From positions 896,001 through 960,000 of the forward strand of contig CAWCRS010000003.1 of NCBI GenBank assembly GCA_963798085.1: a stretch of 64,000 nucleotides of DNA. Reading direction: 5' to 3'. The position numbers and the translations under genes are program-made. This DNA is from an uncultured Gemmatimonadales bacterium (GTDB taxonomy: Bacteria > Gemmatimonadota > Gemmatimonadetes > Longimicrobiales > RSA9). This document shows, in pieces, positions 9,391 through 20,326 of the stretch (its first letter is position 1; each line of letters opens with the position of its first letter). The notes beneath the pieces are model-generated. The model searched no databases. It was not told the DNA's origin and saw nothing but the letters and a program-made list of their open reading frames with translations.

Positions 9391-10770
9391 ATGGAACTGA
9401 CGGCGTCGGAGGCATGGACCCGCATACTGGAGCGGGCCCGGCCTCTTCTTCCCGACCACACGTTCCGCATCTGGCTCGAGCAGACCGAGCCCATCGCGCT
9501 GACGGATGAGCAGCTGGCCGTGGGAGCGAAGGACGCCTTCGCAGCAGAGTGGATCCAGGACAAGTACGGTGTACTGCTGGCGGACGTGGCGGAACGTGTA
9601 TTCGGACGACGCCTGAACCTCGCGTTCAAGGCCCATCCGCGCGGTGCTGGCGACCGCCGGCCATCGCCGTTCGCGGGCAGCGAGCAGTCGTCGCCGGCGC
9701 CGATGGCGGCGGCGGCCGCGCCATCGCGCACACCGGTGGCAGTGGGAGCGGCGCTCAACGAGCGCTACTCGTTCAGCCGCTTCGTGCGCGCGCCGAACAA
9801 CGAGCTGGCGGCAGCCGCGTGCCTTGCGGTGGCGGAGGCTCCCGCCCGCATGTACAATCCACTCTTCATTTACGGTGGTGTCGGGCTGGGCAAGACGCAT
9901 CTCATGCACGCGATCGGACACGCGATCGCGGCGAGGGATCCGGCGAAGCGCATCGCCTATGTATCCAGCGAGCGCTTCACCAATGACATGATTGCATCGA
10001 TCCAGGAAGGTCGCATGCCGGATTTCCGCCGCCGGTATCGCGAGATCGATCTGCTGCTGATCGATGACGTGCACTTCCTGGGTGAGAAGGAGCGAACGCA
10101 GGAGGAGTTCTTCCACACGTTCAATACGCTGCACGAAGCGCAGCGGCAGCTGGTGATGACCAGCGATCGTCCGCCCAAGGACATACCCGGGCTGGAGGAG
10201 CGGCTGGTGTCGCGCTTCGAATGGGGTCTGGTGGCCGACATCAAGGCACCCGATCTGGAGACCCGTGTGGCGATCCTGCGCAAGAAGGCGGAAGACGACA
10301 AGATCGCGCTGGACGATGAGGTCCTGGAGTTCATTGCCAGAAACTGCCGGTCCAATGTTCGTGAGCTGGAAGGCGCGATCATCAAGCTGCTCGCCTATTC
10401 CTCGCTCACGCGTCGTGACGTCACGACGGAATTGGCCCGTGAAGCGCTGGGCGGCGTGCTCAAGGAGCTGGACGCGACGCCCGAAGTCACGGCGCAGCTC
10501 ATACGGCAACGGGTCGCCGAGCAGTGGGGTGTGACGGTCGATGGTCTGACGTCGAAACGACGCACGCGGGAACTGACCGTGCCTCGCCAGGTGGCGATGT
10601 TCCTGATCCGCGAGCTGCTCGATGTGCCGCTCGTGGAGATCGGCAAGCTGTTCGGTGGACGCGATCACTCGACCGTGATTCACTCCGTCGGCAAGGTGGA
10701 AGAGGATCTGCGTGCCGACACGGAGCTGCGTACGCGCGTGGAGCTCGTGCGCGGGCTGCTGCGCGGGTGA
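9391..10770 (+). CDS. dnaA: Chromosomal replication initiator DnaA
   Basis: YNPLFIYGGVGLGKTHL, LLIDDVHF, SRFEWGL, FGGRDHSTV. Confidence 0.99.
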   Translation: MELTASEAWTRILERARPLLPDHTFRIWLEQTEPIALTDEQLAVGAKDAFAAEWIQDKYGVLLADVAERVFGRRLNLAFKAHPRGAGDRRPSPFAGSEQSSPAPMAAAAAPSRTPVAVGAALNERYSFSRFVRAPNNELAAAACLAVAEAPARMYNPLFIYGGVGLGKTHLMHAIGHAIAARDPAKRIAYVSSERFTNDMIASIQEGRMPDFRRRYREIDLLLIDDVHFLGEKERTQEEFFHTFNTLHEAQRQLVMTSDRPPKDIPGLEERLVSRFEWGLVADIKAPDLETRVAILRKKAEDDKIALDDEVLEFIARNCRSNVRELEGAIIKLLAYSSLTRRDVTTELAREALGGVLKELDATPEVTAQLIRQRVAEQWGVTVDGLTSKRRTRELTVPRQVAMFLIRELLDVPLVEIGKLFGGRDHSTVIHSVGKVEEDLRADTELRTRVELVRGLLRG

Positions 10771-11072
10771 TGGAGTGAGGATAGCGCGTGGAAGCAATGT
10801 GTATTTGCGCCACGCTCTCCACAGCGAGGGGACGGGACTGTGGGAACGGTGGACAGCATGGCAGATCCGTACAGGTCGAATGAACACGAGGCATGAGGGT
10901 GCATTGGCGCATGATCGACGAATATCGGAGGTGTCGCATTGGCTTATCCACGGTTCCACATTGCCTATTACTATGACTGAGAAATATCTCTTATTTACTG
11001 GAAGATCTGTTCTGTGTGGGAACCTGACCGGAATGGCGCCGGCAGGACGACGCGTCTGATCGGGGTGAGCGC
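10771..11072. other. oriC (dnaA-dnaN intergenic origin)
   Basis: Tandem boxes TTATCCACG/GTTCCACA (10944-10960), then GCC, trio-like TATTACTATGAC and an AT-rich stretch; further degenerate boxes nearby. Confidence 0.85.
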
Positions 11073-12188
11073 ATGCGATTCAAGATCACACGAGACAATC
11101 TGCAGCAGGGTCTGGCGGCGGTAGCGGCGAGCATACCGACACGCACGACGTTACCCGTTCTCTCGAACATCCTGGTGCAGGCCGGATCCGGATCTGTTTC
11201 CATGAGTGGCACGGACCTCGACATTGCGGTGGCTGTGAGTGTGCCTGCGGAGGTCGAGGAGGAAGGCGCCATCACGGTTCCCGCGAAGAAGCTGCAGGAG
11301 CTGGCGCGCGAGCTGCCGGAGCATCCCGTGCGCGTACAGTCGAAGGGTGATCGTTTCGAGTTGAACTGCGGACGCGCATTGTTCAAGCTGAACGGCATGC
11401 CGCGTGACGAGTTCCCGACCTTTCCCGCAGTGAACTTCGACACCAGCTGGAAACTCAAGGGGCAGACGCTGCACGATCTGATCCGGCAGACTTCCTTTGC
11501 GGTATCGACAGAAGAGAGCCGGCCGATTCTTAACGGCGTGTTATGGCAGCTCGATGGCGCCACCATGCGCATGGTGGCCACGAATGGACACCGGCTGGCA
11601 CGCATGACGGTGCCGGTTTCAGCGGCGGCGACACCGCGCGAGGATCTGATCGTACCGCCCAAGGCACTGCAGCAGGTGGAACGGCTTTTCGGTCCGGAAG
11701 ATGAAGTCGAGGTTGCGCGCAACGAGAACCATTCGGGATTCCGGCGCAATGGAACACAGGTGTTCACACGGCTGATCGAGGGACCGTACCCGAACTACGA
11801 GCAGGTCATTCCGCGTGACAACGACAAGATCGTCATCGCGGATCGGAATCTGCTGACGCAGGCGCTGCGTCGCATGGCGGTGGTGGCTAGCGACCAGACG
11901 CACCGCGTGCGCCTCAGCTTCACCAGCGGCTCACTGCGCTTCTCGGTAGAGACGCCGGATCTCGGCGAAGCACACGAAGAGCTGGAAGTGGATTACCAGG
12001 GCGAGCCCCTCGAGATCGGCTTCAACGCCAGCTATCTCCTGGAAGTGCTGAAGTACATGCCGACGGAGGAAGTGAAACTGGCGTTCAAGGCGCCCGAGCG
12101 TGCGGCAACGATCGAGCCGGCAGCGAGCGGTGATGCCGAGACGCCGGATTACTTCTGCCTCGTGATGCCGCTGCGGTTGCTCGAGTAG
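11073..12188 (+). CDS. dnaN: DNA polymerase III beta sliding clamp
   Basis: LPVLSNIL, ATNGHRL, LIEGPYPNYEQVIP, GFNASYL, VMPLRL. Confidence 0.98.
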   Translation: MRFKITRDNLQQGLAAVAASIPTRTTLPVLSNILVQAGSGSVSMSGTDLDIAVAVSVPAEVEEEGAITVPAKKLQELARELPEHPVRVQSKGDRFELNCGRALFKLNGMPRDEFPTFPAVNFDTSWKLKGQTLHDLIRQTSFAVSTEESRPILNGVLWQLDGATMRMVATNGHRLARMTVPVSAAATPREDLIVPPKALQQVERLFGPEDEVEVARNENHSGFRRNGTQVFTRLIEGPYPNYEQVIPRDNDKIVIADRNLLTQALRRMAVVASDQTHRVRLSFTSGSLRFSVETPDLGEAHEELEVDYQGEPLEIGFNASYLLEVLKYMPTEEVKLAFKAPERAATIEPAASGDAETPDYFCLVMPLRLLE

Positions 12189-12194
12189 CAGGGG

Positions 12195-12783
12195 TCAGTC
12201 GGCGAGCAGCTCCGCGGTCGTGTACAGCGTTGTCAGCGGCAGCGCAGCATCACGGATGCGCTCGGCACCGCCTTCCTGCCGGTCGACAATGGCGAAGACG
12301 CCGAGCACGGTAGCGGTGGTTTCGCGCAATGCCGCGACAGCGTTGAGTGCGCTCTCCCCGGTGGTGATCACGTCCTCTATTACAACAACGCGCCCAGCAT
12401 TCGGGGAAGGCCCCCTCGATGCGGCGACCGGCGCCATGCGCCTTGGCTTCTTTGCGCACGGTGAAGGCATCCAGCGTCCGGCCGGCTGACGCCGCGGCAT
12501 GCGCAATCGCGTAGGAAACCGGGTCCGCGCCGAGCGTGAGACCGCCCACCGCATCCGGGGCCCAGCCCTGCTCATCGAGCGTCGCGAGTCCCAGACGTCC
12601 GATCAGCAGCTGCCCCTGCCCCGACATCGTGGTGATGCGCGCATCGATGTAGTACGTCGAACGACGCCCGCTGGAGAGCACGAAGTCACCACGACGCAGT
12701 GATTTCGCGCGCAACAACTCGAGCAGCGCCGTGCGTTCCTCCGTGAGTGCCTTCAGCGAGCCCCGGCCACGAATCTCACTCAT
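12195..12783 (-). CDS. pyrE: Orotate phosphoribosyltransferase (one frameshift near 12410)
   Basis: GDFVLSSGRRSTYYID and RKEAKAHG in one frame; VVIEDVITTGES PRPP motif in another. Confidence 0.9.
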
Positions 12784-13061
12784 GTACTCTGCTCCGCAGC
12801 CTCGTTCCACAGCTCACTGCTGCCGGGCGCAATCGCATCGACATCCAGCCTGCGGCGAGCAATCGGTTCCGCATTGGCAAAGTCGCTGCCTCCCTTCCAT
12901 TCGATGAACTCCAGGAACTGATCCTGCCGCTCGGCGCCCTGGTAGCGCCATGCCCTGCCACTGGCGGTCGCAACGGCGTCCCGCAACCGCTGCCACGCGT
13001 GGTCGTACCCATCGCTCCGGTCCAGCGCCATTTGCCGCCTCGTGACCAGCAATCGCCTCAT
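12780..13061 (-). CDS. Hypothetical protein (93 aa), overlaps pyrE start
   Basis: ATG with upstream GGAG; protein-like composition (QFLEFIEWK); 4-bp overlap with pyrE. Confidence 0.6.
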   Translation of the reverse strand: MRRLLVTRRQMALDRSDGYDHAWQRLRDAVATASGRAWRYQGAERQDQFLEFIEWKGGSDFANAEPIARRRLDVDAIAPGSSELWNEAAEQST

Positions 13062-13171
13062 CTTCACTCCTCCGGCGCAGGGGGCGGGTCGGACGCGAAG
13101 AAACTCCAGTAAGCGAGGCTCAATGGCAACGGTCTCTGCGCGAAGCAGCGACCGGCCGAGCAATCCGATGG

Positions 13172-13351
13172 CGGACCGTCTTGGCATTCTTTCCTTTCGG
13201 CCTGAGCCGCTATCCCACCGACGCAGTCAGCCATGGAAACTGGTCACTCGATGTGCGCCTGCGACGCCTGCATTGCGATGTGCGCCGGAACGCAAGAACG
13301 CCAAGACGGTCCGATGCATCCGTTGCGCAAGAACGCCAAGACGGTCCGATG
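13172..13351. repeat. Intergenic repeat set: one inverted plus two direct copies
   Basis: CGCAAGAACGCCAAGACGGTCCGATG at 13291-13316 and 13326-13351; near-identical reverse complement at 13172-13191. Confidence 0.75.
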
Positions 13352-13353
13352 GA

Positions 13354-14976
13354 TCAGTTGCGCGGACGAAGAGTGCTCTCGGTGAGGGCGAGGAGTGCGT
13401 CGACGAGGAGGGCGAGGAGGGCGGCGGGGATGGCGCCGGAGAGGATCATGTGGGTGTCGGAAAGGGCGAGGCCCGCGACGATGGGATCGCCGAGGCCGCC
13501 GGCACCTACGAACGCGGCGAGTGTGGCGGTGCCGACGTCGATTACCGCGGCTGTGCGGATGCCTGCCATGATGATGGGCGCGGCCAGCGGCAGTCTCACG
13601 TAGCGCAGGACCTGGCCGGGCGTCATGCCGAGGGCTTCGGCGGTGCTGGCGGCTTCGGGGCTCGCGTCGCGGACACCGCTGTAGGTGTTGCGCACGATGG
13701 GGTAGAGCGAATAGAGCAGGAGTGCGGCGAGGGCGGGTTTCACGCCGATGCCGAGCAGCGGGATCATGAACGCGAGCAGCGCGATGCTCGGAATCACCTG
13801 CAGCAGGCCGACGGCGCGGATGACGGATTCGGCGCCTCGCCGGTTGCGTTCGAGGGCGAGGCCGAGGGGCACGGCGATGAGGAGGCCGAGGACCAGCGAG
13901 ACCGCCACGAGCAGCAGGTGACGGAGCGTGAGGCGGGCGAGGACGCGGCGGCGGGACCACAGGTACGAGGGCAGTGTCGTCGCCTGCAATGTGTCCCGGC
14001 TGACGGACGCGGCCGCGCGCTGGGTGAGGCCAAGCGAATCGAGGGCGGCGCGCGCGACATTGGCGATGGCGGTGCCATCCACTTCGACGCGGCGATTGAG
14101 GGAGCGCATGAGGGCCACGTCGAGCCGGCCGCTCAGCGCAGTGAGCGCGGCCACGGCGTCCGGGCGGTTCTCCGCGACGCGGCGGCTGACGATTGCGGCG
14201 GCCTGGTACGCAGGGAAGAAACCGCGCACATCGGTGAGCGTGACGAGGTCGTAGCGATCGATGAAGCCATCGGTCGAGTAGCCATCGATCACATCGACCG
14301 CGCCGCTCGCGAGCGCCTGATACTTCACGGCCTGGAGCAGCGCGCGCACATCGCGGAATCCGAGATCGTAGGCGCGCGTGAGTCCGGGCAGGCCGTCCTG
14401 GCGGCCGATGAAGTCGGGTGTGAAGCCGGCGATCAGGCGGGGTCCGACGCGCGCGAGGTCCTCGAGGGTGCGCAGGCCGAGGCTGTCCGCGGTGCGGCGG
14501 CGCACGGCGATCGCGTACGTATTCTCGAAACCGAGCGGCGGCAGCCAGCGCACACCCCAGCGCTGCGCGAATTCGCGCGAAACCGTGTCGAACACGCGCA
14601 GCGCGTCCGACTGCGGGGGCTGGTGCAGCACGGCGACGAGGCCGGTCCCGGTGTATTCGGGATACACGTCGATGGCGCCATTGCGCAGCGCGCCGAAGGC
14701 GATCTCCGTGGCACCGAGGCCGGGGCGCCGGTCCACGCGGATGCCGCGCGCCTCGAGCAGCTGCGCGAACATTTCGGCGAGCACGTAGGACTCACCGAAC
14801 GGCTTGGAGGCGACGATGATCGGCCCCCGTTCGGTCGTCTGCGCGGCGTTCGAGGCGGGGTCAGCGCCCGGACCGCGTGTGCCCGCCGTATCCTGCCTGG
14901 CGAATCCCGGCGATCCGCGGAAGAAGAGCAGGAATGCGAGTCCGGCAGTGGCCCGCGCGAGGCGAATCCGCTTCAT
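13354..14976 (-). CDS. Glycine betaine/ergothioneine-type ABC transporter, fused substrate-binding protein and permease
   Basis: SKPFGES, DVYPEYTGT, GFENTYA, FFPAY binding-protein motifs; IPSIALL, EALGMT (EAA loop), GAGGLG permease motifs. Confidence 0.9.
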   Translation of the reverse strand: MKRIRLARATAGLAFLLFFRGSPGFARQDTAGTRGPGADPASNAAQTTERGPIIVASKPFGESYVLAEMFAQLLEARGIRVDRRPGLGATEIAFGALRNGAIDVYPEYTGTGLVAVLHQPPQSDALRVFDTVSREFAQRWGVRWLPPLGFENTYAIAVRRRTADSLGLRTLEDLARVGPRLIAGFTPDFIGRQDGLPGLTRAYDLGFRDVRALLQAVKYQALASGAVDVIDGYSTDGFIDRYDLVTLTDVRGFFPAYQAAAIVSRRVAENRPDAVAALTALSGRLDVALMRSLNRRVEVDGTAIANVARAALDSLGLTQRAAASVSRDTLQATTLPSYLWSRRRVLARLTLRHLLLVAVSLVLGLLIAVPLGLALERNRRGAESVIRAVGLLQVIPSIALLAFMIPLLGIGVKPALAALLLYSLYPIVRNTYSGVRDASPEAASTAEALGMTPGQVLRYVRLPLAAPIIMAGIRTAAVIDVGTATLAAFVGAGGLGDPIVAGLALSDTHMILSGAIPAALLALLVDALLALTESTLRPRN

Positions 14977-15719
14977 GCGGCGCTGAGCCGGGCGCGCTGC
15001 AGCAGAGCGCGCACGTAATCGTTGGCGGGTTCTGCGACGAGTGTGTCTGGTGGCGCGATCTGTTCAATGCGACCGGCCCGCATCACGGCAATGCGATCGG
15101 CGAGGCGCGCGGCCTCGTGCAGGTCGTGCGTGACCAGGACGGCGGCCACGGACAGCTCGCGGCGCAGCGCGAGAAAGGAATCCTGCAATTCCGCGCGGGT
15201 GATGGCATCGAGCGCGCCGAACGGTTCATCGAGCAGGATGATCGCGGGCCTCGCGGCGAGCGCGCGCGCAATGGCGACGCGCTGGCGCTGGCCGCCGGAC
15301 AGCTGCGAGGGCATGCGGTCGGCGAACGTGCCGGCGGGCATGCCCACGAGATCGAGTGCGCGACGCGCGAGTGCGTCTGTATCGGCGGAGCGCTGGAGCC
15401 AGGGCACGAGCCCGACGTTGCGCAGGACGGGCCAGTGCGGCAGCAGGCCGCCCTCCTGCGGGACGTAACCGATGCCGCGGCGCAGCGCGATGACGTCGAC
15501 GGAACCGATGTCGCGGCCGGCGACTCGGATCGTGCCTGCGTCCGGCTCGACCATGCGATTGAAGCAGCGTAGCAGCGTACTCTTGCCGGCGCCGCTCTCA
15601 CCGACCAGAGCGACACATTCGCCAGCCGCGACAGAAAGCGAGACGTCGTCCAGCGCGTGGCCCTCGCCGTAACGCTTGCGGATGTGCTCGGCCTCGAGGG
15701 CCGGGTTGGATTGCGTCAT
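14973..15719 (-). CDS. ABC transporter ATP-binding subunit (OpuA/ProV-like)
   Basis: GESGAGKST, LSGGQRQR, LLDEPFGALD, VTHD. Confidence 0.93.
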   Translation of the reverse strand: MTQSNPALEAEHIRKRYGEGHALDDVSLSVAAGECVALVGESGAGKSTLLRCFNRMVEPDAGTIRVAGRDIGSVDVIALRRGIGYVPQEGGLLPHWPVLRNVGLVPWLQRSADTDALARRALDLVGMPAGTFADRMPSQLSGGQRQRVAIARALAARPAIILLDEPFGALDAITRAELQDSFLALRRELSVAAVLVTHDLHEAARLADRIAVMRAGRIEQIAPPDTLVAEPANDYVRALLQRARLSAA

Positions 15720-15923
15720 GGCCCCGATAGTACAGGCGGCCGGAGGCGGGCGGAACGGGCGGGCGGAACGGGCCCAGAGCGGGTCGGACCTGGTCGGGCA
15801 CCAAATTCGCGATCCGGGCATTACACGTGAGCGCGTTGGTCGAGAGCGGCCTCGCCTGCTAGCTTGCGGCAAGCGGGCTCGTCTCCGCTTCTCGCCGCTG
15901 TTTTTCGTGAACTCCGGAGGACC

Positions 15924-17232
15924 ATGCAAGGCACCACTGTCTCCGTGCACGACATCGCGCGCAAGCTGGCGGAGGCGCGAGCGCGCACGCTGCTGCTGGT
16001 TTCGCCGCTGAGCGAGGATGATCTGCGGCGGCAGCACGATCCACTGATGGGCCCGATCATTCTGGGACCTGGGTCACATTGCGCATTTCGAGGAACTCTG
16101 GCTGCTCGACAACACGCGCGGCGAGATCCGTTTCGGCGAGATGCCCGGCATGTTCAATCCCTTCGAGAATCCGCGCGCGGTGCGTGGGAAGCTGGAGCTG
16201 CCCACGCTGTGTGCTTCGCTCGAGGTGATGGCGGAAGTGCGAGAGCGCGTGCTCGAGCAGCTCGAGCAGACGGACTTCGTGAACGCGCCGGCGCTGCTGC
16301 GTGATGGCTACGTCTACAACATGGTTCTGCAGCACGAGTATCAGCACGACGAGACGGTGCTGCAGACGCTCCAGCTGAAGCAGGGTTCGCCCTATGCGGC
16401 GCCGCGGGCGGCGCCGGTACCGGCGGCGAGACTGACGCTGGAATCAGGCGCCATGGTGCGTTTTCCAGGCAGCCGTGTGAGCATTGGCACGACCGACCGC
16501 AGCGCGGCCTACGACAACGAGCGGCCGGTCCACGAGGTCGAGCTGTCGTCGTTCTGGATCGACGTCGCACCCGTGACGAATCGCGAGTACCTGGAGTTCA
16601 TGGAAGCGGGCGGTTATCGCAAGCGTGAGTTCTGGTCGGACGCCGGTTGGGCGTGGCTGCAGGAAGCGGGCGTCGAGGCGCCGAAGTACTGGTCGCGCGA
16701 GAGCGGGGCCTGGCAGGTGCGCACGATGGACCGCGTGACGAGTGCGGAAGCGCGCGTGCCGGTGTGCCACGTGGGCTGGCACGAGGCGGAAGCGTACGCG
16801 CGCTGGGCCGGCAAGCGCCTGCCGACGGAATTCGAGTGGGAGGCGGCCGCCACGTGGGATCCAGCCGCGCGCGCTGCGCGTAGCTATCCATGGGGCGACG
16901 ACGCGCCCGGACCGTTGCACGCGAATCTCGACCAGCTCGCGTTCGGCACGGCACCGGTGGGTGCGTACCCACGCAACGTCTCGCCCATCGGGTGTTACGG
17001 CATGATCGGCGATGTGTGGGAGTGGACGTCGAGCGATTTCCGCGCCTATCCGGGCTACGAGACGTTCCCGTACAAGGAGTACTCGGAGGTGTTCTTCGGC
17101 AGTGACTACAAGGTGCTGCGCGGCGGCTCATGGGCGACGCGGCCGGGAGCGATCCGCGGCACATTCCGGAACTGGGACTATCCCATCCGGCGGCAGATCT
17201 TCAGCGGATTCCGGTGTGCCCGTGATGCGTGA
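15924..17232 (+). CDS. egtB: Ergothioneine sulfoxide synthase EgtB (frameshift near 16060)
   Basis: RQHDPLM..WDLGHIAHFEELW, HEYQHDET iron motif, FGE-like domain, FRNWDYPIRRQIFSGFR; GGAGG RBS before 15924. Confidence 0.9.
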
Positions 17233-18182
17233 TGACGGTGTGCTGACAACCACCGGCGAGGGGATGCTCGCCGAGGTATGGGAAGGGCTCCACCGCGCGC
17301 AGAAGGAGCTTTCCCCGAAGTACTTCTACGACGAACGCGGCTCGCGGCTGTTCGACGAGATCACGAGCCTGACAGAGTATTATCCGACTCGCCTGGAGCG
17401 CATCCTGCTGCACAAGCACGCGCACGAGTGGTTGAGCCGCAAGCGGCCGCGCGCGCTGATCGAGCTGGGCGCGGGCAGCGCCGACAAGACGCGCATCCTG
17501 CTGGACGCGATGCCGCAGGAAGGCGGCTGGTACATCCCCATCGACATCAGCGCGACGTACCTGGAGGAAGTGGCGTCGCGGATTGGTGCCGAGTATCCGC
17601 ACCTGCGCATCCTGCCGGTGGAGTCGGACATTTCGCGCGGTCCCGTGGTGCCGCCGGACATGCCCAAACCGGCTGTTATCGCGTTCCTGGGCAGCACGAT
17701 CGGCAATTTCGAGCCGCGCGCATCGGCAGCGGCTGCTGGGCCGCGTGCGCCGTGCCATGAGCCTGCACGATCGTTTTCTCATTGGCGCGGACCTGGTGAA
17801 GGACATCCAGGTGCTGGAGGCGGCGTACAATGATGCCAGGGGCGTGACCGCGGAGTTCAACCTGAACGTGCTGCACGTGGTGAATCGCGAGCTGGGTGCG
17901 GATTTCGACGTGGACGCGTTCCAGCACGTCGCCTTCTACAACGTGGCGGCGTCGCGCATCGAGATGCACCTGCGTTCGCGTAGTGGCGCAGGCAGTCACG
18001 ATTCCGGGTGCGGGCACCGTGCGCTTCGAGGAAGGCGAGACGATCCGCACGGAGATCAGCTGCAAGTACACCCGGCGCAGCCTGGAGCGGAATGTTCGCC
18101 GCGGTGCGGCCTGGAGCTGGAGAGCTGGACCACGGACGCGGCCGGCTGGTATGCCCTGGCGACGGCGAAGGTACGCGCGTGA
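17225..18182 (+). CDS. egtD: Histidine N-alpha-trimethyltransferase EgtD (frameshifted)
   Basis: PKYFYDERGSRLF, EYYPTR, ELGAGS, FLGSTIGNF, AYNDARGVTAEFN, RIEMHL, TEISCKY spread across frames. Confidence 0.92.
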
Positions 18183-19431
18183 CACGCGGGCCCGTCCTTG
18201 ATCTCGCGGGTGTGACCCGCAGCATCGCCGCGGCGAGTTTCGGCGCCGCGCTGCGGCTGCGGGCGCCAGGCGCATGGGCATCGAGGCCGAGCTGATCCCG
18301 CTGGATGCGACGACGCATCGTGTTGCACCGCTCGCGCAGCGCGTGCTGCCGGTGGTGCAGCGATTCGCGAAGGCGGCGGGCTGGGAAGTCTCGCCATCGG
18401 CCAAGGGTGCGCCGAAGCTGCTGGTGCCGGGGGGCGGCAGTCTCACGTTCGAGCCCGGCGGCCAGATCGAGTATGCGACGCCGCCCGTCACGTCGCCGTC
18501 CGTTCTCCTGCGACACGCGCGCGCCGTGCTCGCACCGCTGGTGGGGTTCGCCGCCGACGCGGGCATCGAGCTGCTGGGGGCAGGCCTCGATCCGTACAAC
18601 GGCATCGAGGCGGTGCCGCTGCAGATCGAGGCGGACCGCTACCGCTGCATGGATGCGTATTTCGCGAGCATTGGCCGCGCGGGTGCGCGCATGATGCGGC
18701 AGACCGCATCGATCCAGATCAACGTCGACCCGGGCGAGGATGCGGCGCTCACCTGGCGCGTGCTCAACGCCGCTTCGCCCGTGCTGACCGCAATGTTCGC
18801 AAACTCGCGGCGCTACGCAGGCGCTGACACGGGGTATGCGAGCTACCGCGCGCAAACGTGGCGCGAGCTGGATCCGTCGCGGACCGGGCTGGCATGGCGG
18901 GAAGGCGATGCGGTGAGCGGCTACGTGGATTTCGCGCTCGGTGCCGCGGCCATGTTCGTGCGGTCGGAGGATGGCGCGTATCTTCCCTTCCGCGAATGGG
19001 TGGCGCGAGGCGCAGCCACGGCCGAGAGCACGGCCGCGCATATGACCACGCTGTTTCCCGATGTGCGGGCGCGCGGCTATTTCGAGGTACGTGCGATCGA
19101 TGCGCTGCCGCTGGAGTGGTACGCCTCACCTGTGCTGCTCCTGGCAGGGCTGGCGCTCGATGCGCGTGCGACGCGCGAAGCGGCCGAGCTGCTGGGAGCA
19201 CCGGATGCTTCCCTGCCGGCGGTGGCCGCGACGCGAGGCATGCGAGACGACACCATGGCGGTCACGGCGGCGACGCTCGTTGACATTGCGCTGGCGGGCT
19301 GCAGCAGACTGGGCGAGCTCTGCAGTGACCAAGACATAGAGCTGGCGGCTGACTGGTTCGCGCGCTTCACGCGTCGCGGGCGTTCCCCCGCGGACGAGCC
19401 GGCGCCGGCCAGCATTGCGAGCGCCGCGTAA
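18179..19431 (+). CDS. egtA: Glutamate-cysteine ligase, EgtA/GCS2 family (probable frameshift near 5' end)
   Basis: GIEAE, TFEPGGQIE, MMRQTASIQ, FANS, HMTTLFPDVR.RGYFEVR. Confidence 0.8.
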
Positions 19432-19446
19432 CACACACCGGTCCGG

Positions 19447-20283
19447 GTGCACGAACTTCTCAAGGCACTGATCCTGGGCGTGGTCGAGGGCGTGACGGAG
19501 TTCATTCCCGTCTCGTCCACGGGCCATCTCATCATTGCGGGCCACTGGCTGGGCTTCGAAGGCGATTTCGAGACGCTCTTCGAGATCTTCATCCAGCTGG
19601 GCGCGATCCTGGCGATCGTGTGGCTCTATCGCGCGAAGCTGTTCGGCGCGCTATTCAACGCTGCCCCATTGAAGGTGTCTTCGGAGGAACATTGGCGTTC
19701 GCAACCGGCCGCGCGGCGCCTGATCGTGAACCTCATCGTCGCGTTCATTCCTGCCGCCGCTGTGGGCTTCCTGATCCACCACTGGATCGAGGACCACCTG
19801 TTCAGCACGGCCACCGTGGCGGGCGCGCTGCTGGTCGGCGGCGTGGGCATTCTCGCTGTGGAGAAGTGGAAACCGGCCGCGCGCGTGGCCACCGTCGACG
19901 ACATACCCACGCGCTCGGCACTGGGTGTGGGACTGGCGCAGGTGCTCTCGCTGTTTCCCGGCGTCTCGCGCTCCGCCGCGACGATCATGGGCGGAATGGC
20001 GATCGGCCTGTCGCGCGAAGCCGCGACCGAGTTCTCCTTCTTCGTTGCCGTGCCCATCATGTTCGCCGCGACACTCTTCGAGCTGGTCAGCAAGCGCGCG
20101 CTGCTATCCGGAGCGAATGTGCCTGTGCTCGCGGTGGGCTTCGTCACCGCATTCCTGTCCGCAGCAGTGGTGGTGAAGGCATTCGTGCGGTATGTGGCGG
20201 GGCACAGTTTTGCGGTGTTTGCGTGGTACCGGATTCTGCTCGGGGCGCTCCTCCTGGTTCTGTTGTATTTCCTGCCGCGTTGA
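19447..20283 (+). CDS. uppP: Undecaprenyl-diphosphatase
   Basis: GVVEGVTEFIPVSSTGH, IQLGAILA, PGVSRS. Confidence 0.96.
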   Translation: MHELLKALILGVVEGVTEFIPVSSTGHLIIAGHWLGFEGDFETLFEIFIQLGAILAIVWLYRAKLFGALFNAAPLKVSSEEHWRSQPAARRLIVNLIVAFIPAAAVGFLIHHWIEDHLFSTATVAGALLVGGVGILAVEKWKPAARVATVDDIPTRSALGVGLAQVLSLFPGVSRSAATIMGGMAIGLSREAATEFSFFVAVPIMFAATLFELVSKRALLSGANVPVLAVGFVTAFLSAAVVVKAFVRYVAGHSFAVFAWYRILLGALLLVLLYFLPR

Positions 20284-20326
20284 ACGGCGTTGCCCCAGCC
20301 CGAGCCCCAGCAACGCGGTCCCCAAC

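Noticed and set aside
13042..15018. Long antisense ORFs (e.g. 13042-15018, 9340-10959, 23637-25298, 29678-31183)
   Set aside because: Shadow frames of real genes in high-GC DNA with no motifs
15924..17232. SenA (selenoneine) or OvoA assignment
   Set aside because: No selD/senB neighbours and no methyltransferase fusion; egtD/egtA context and the DxxxR motif favour EgtB
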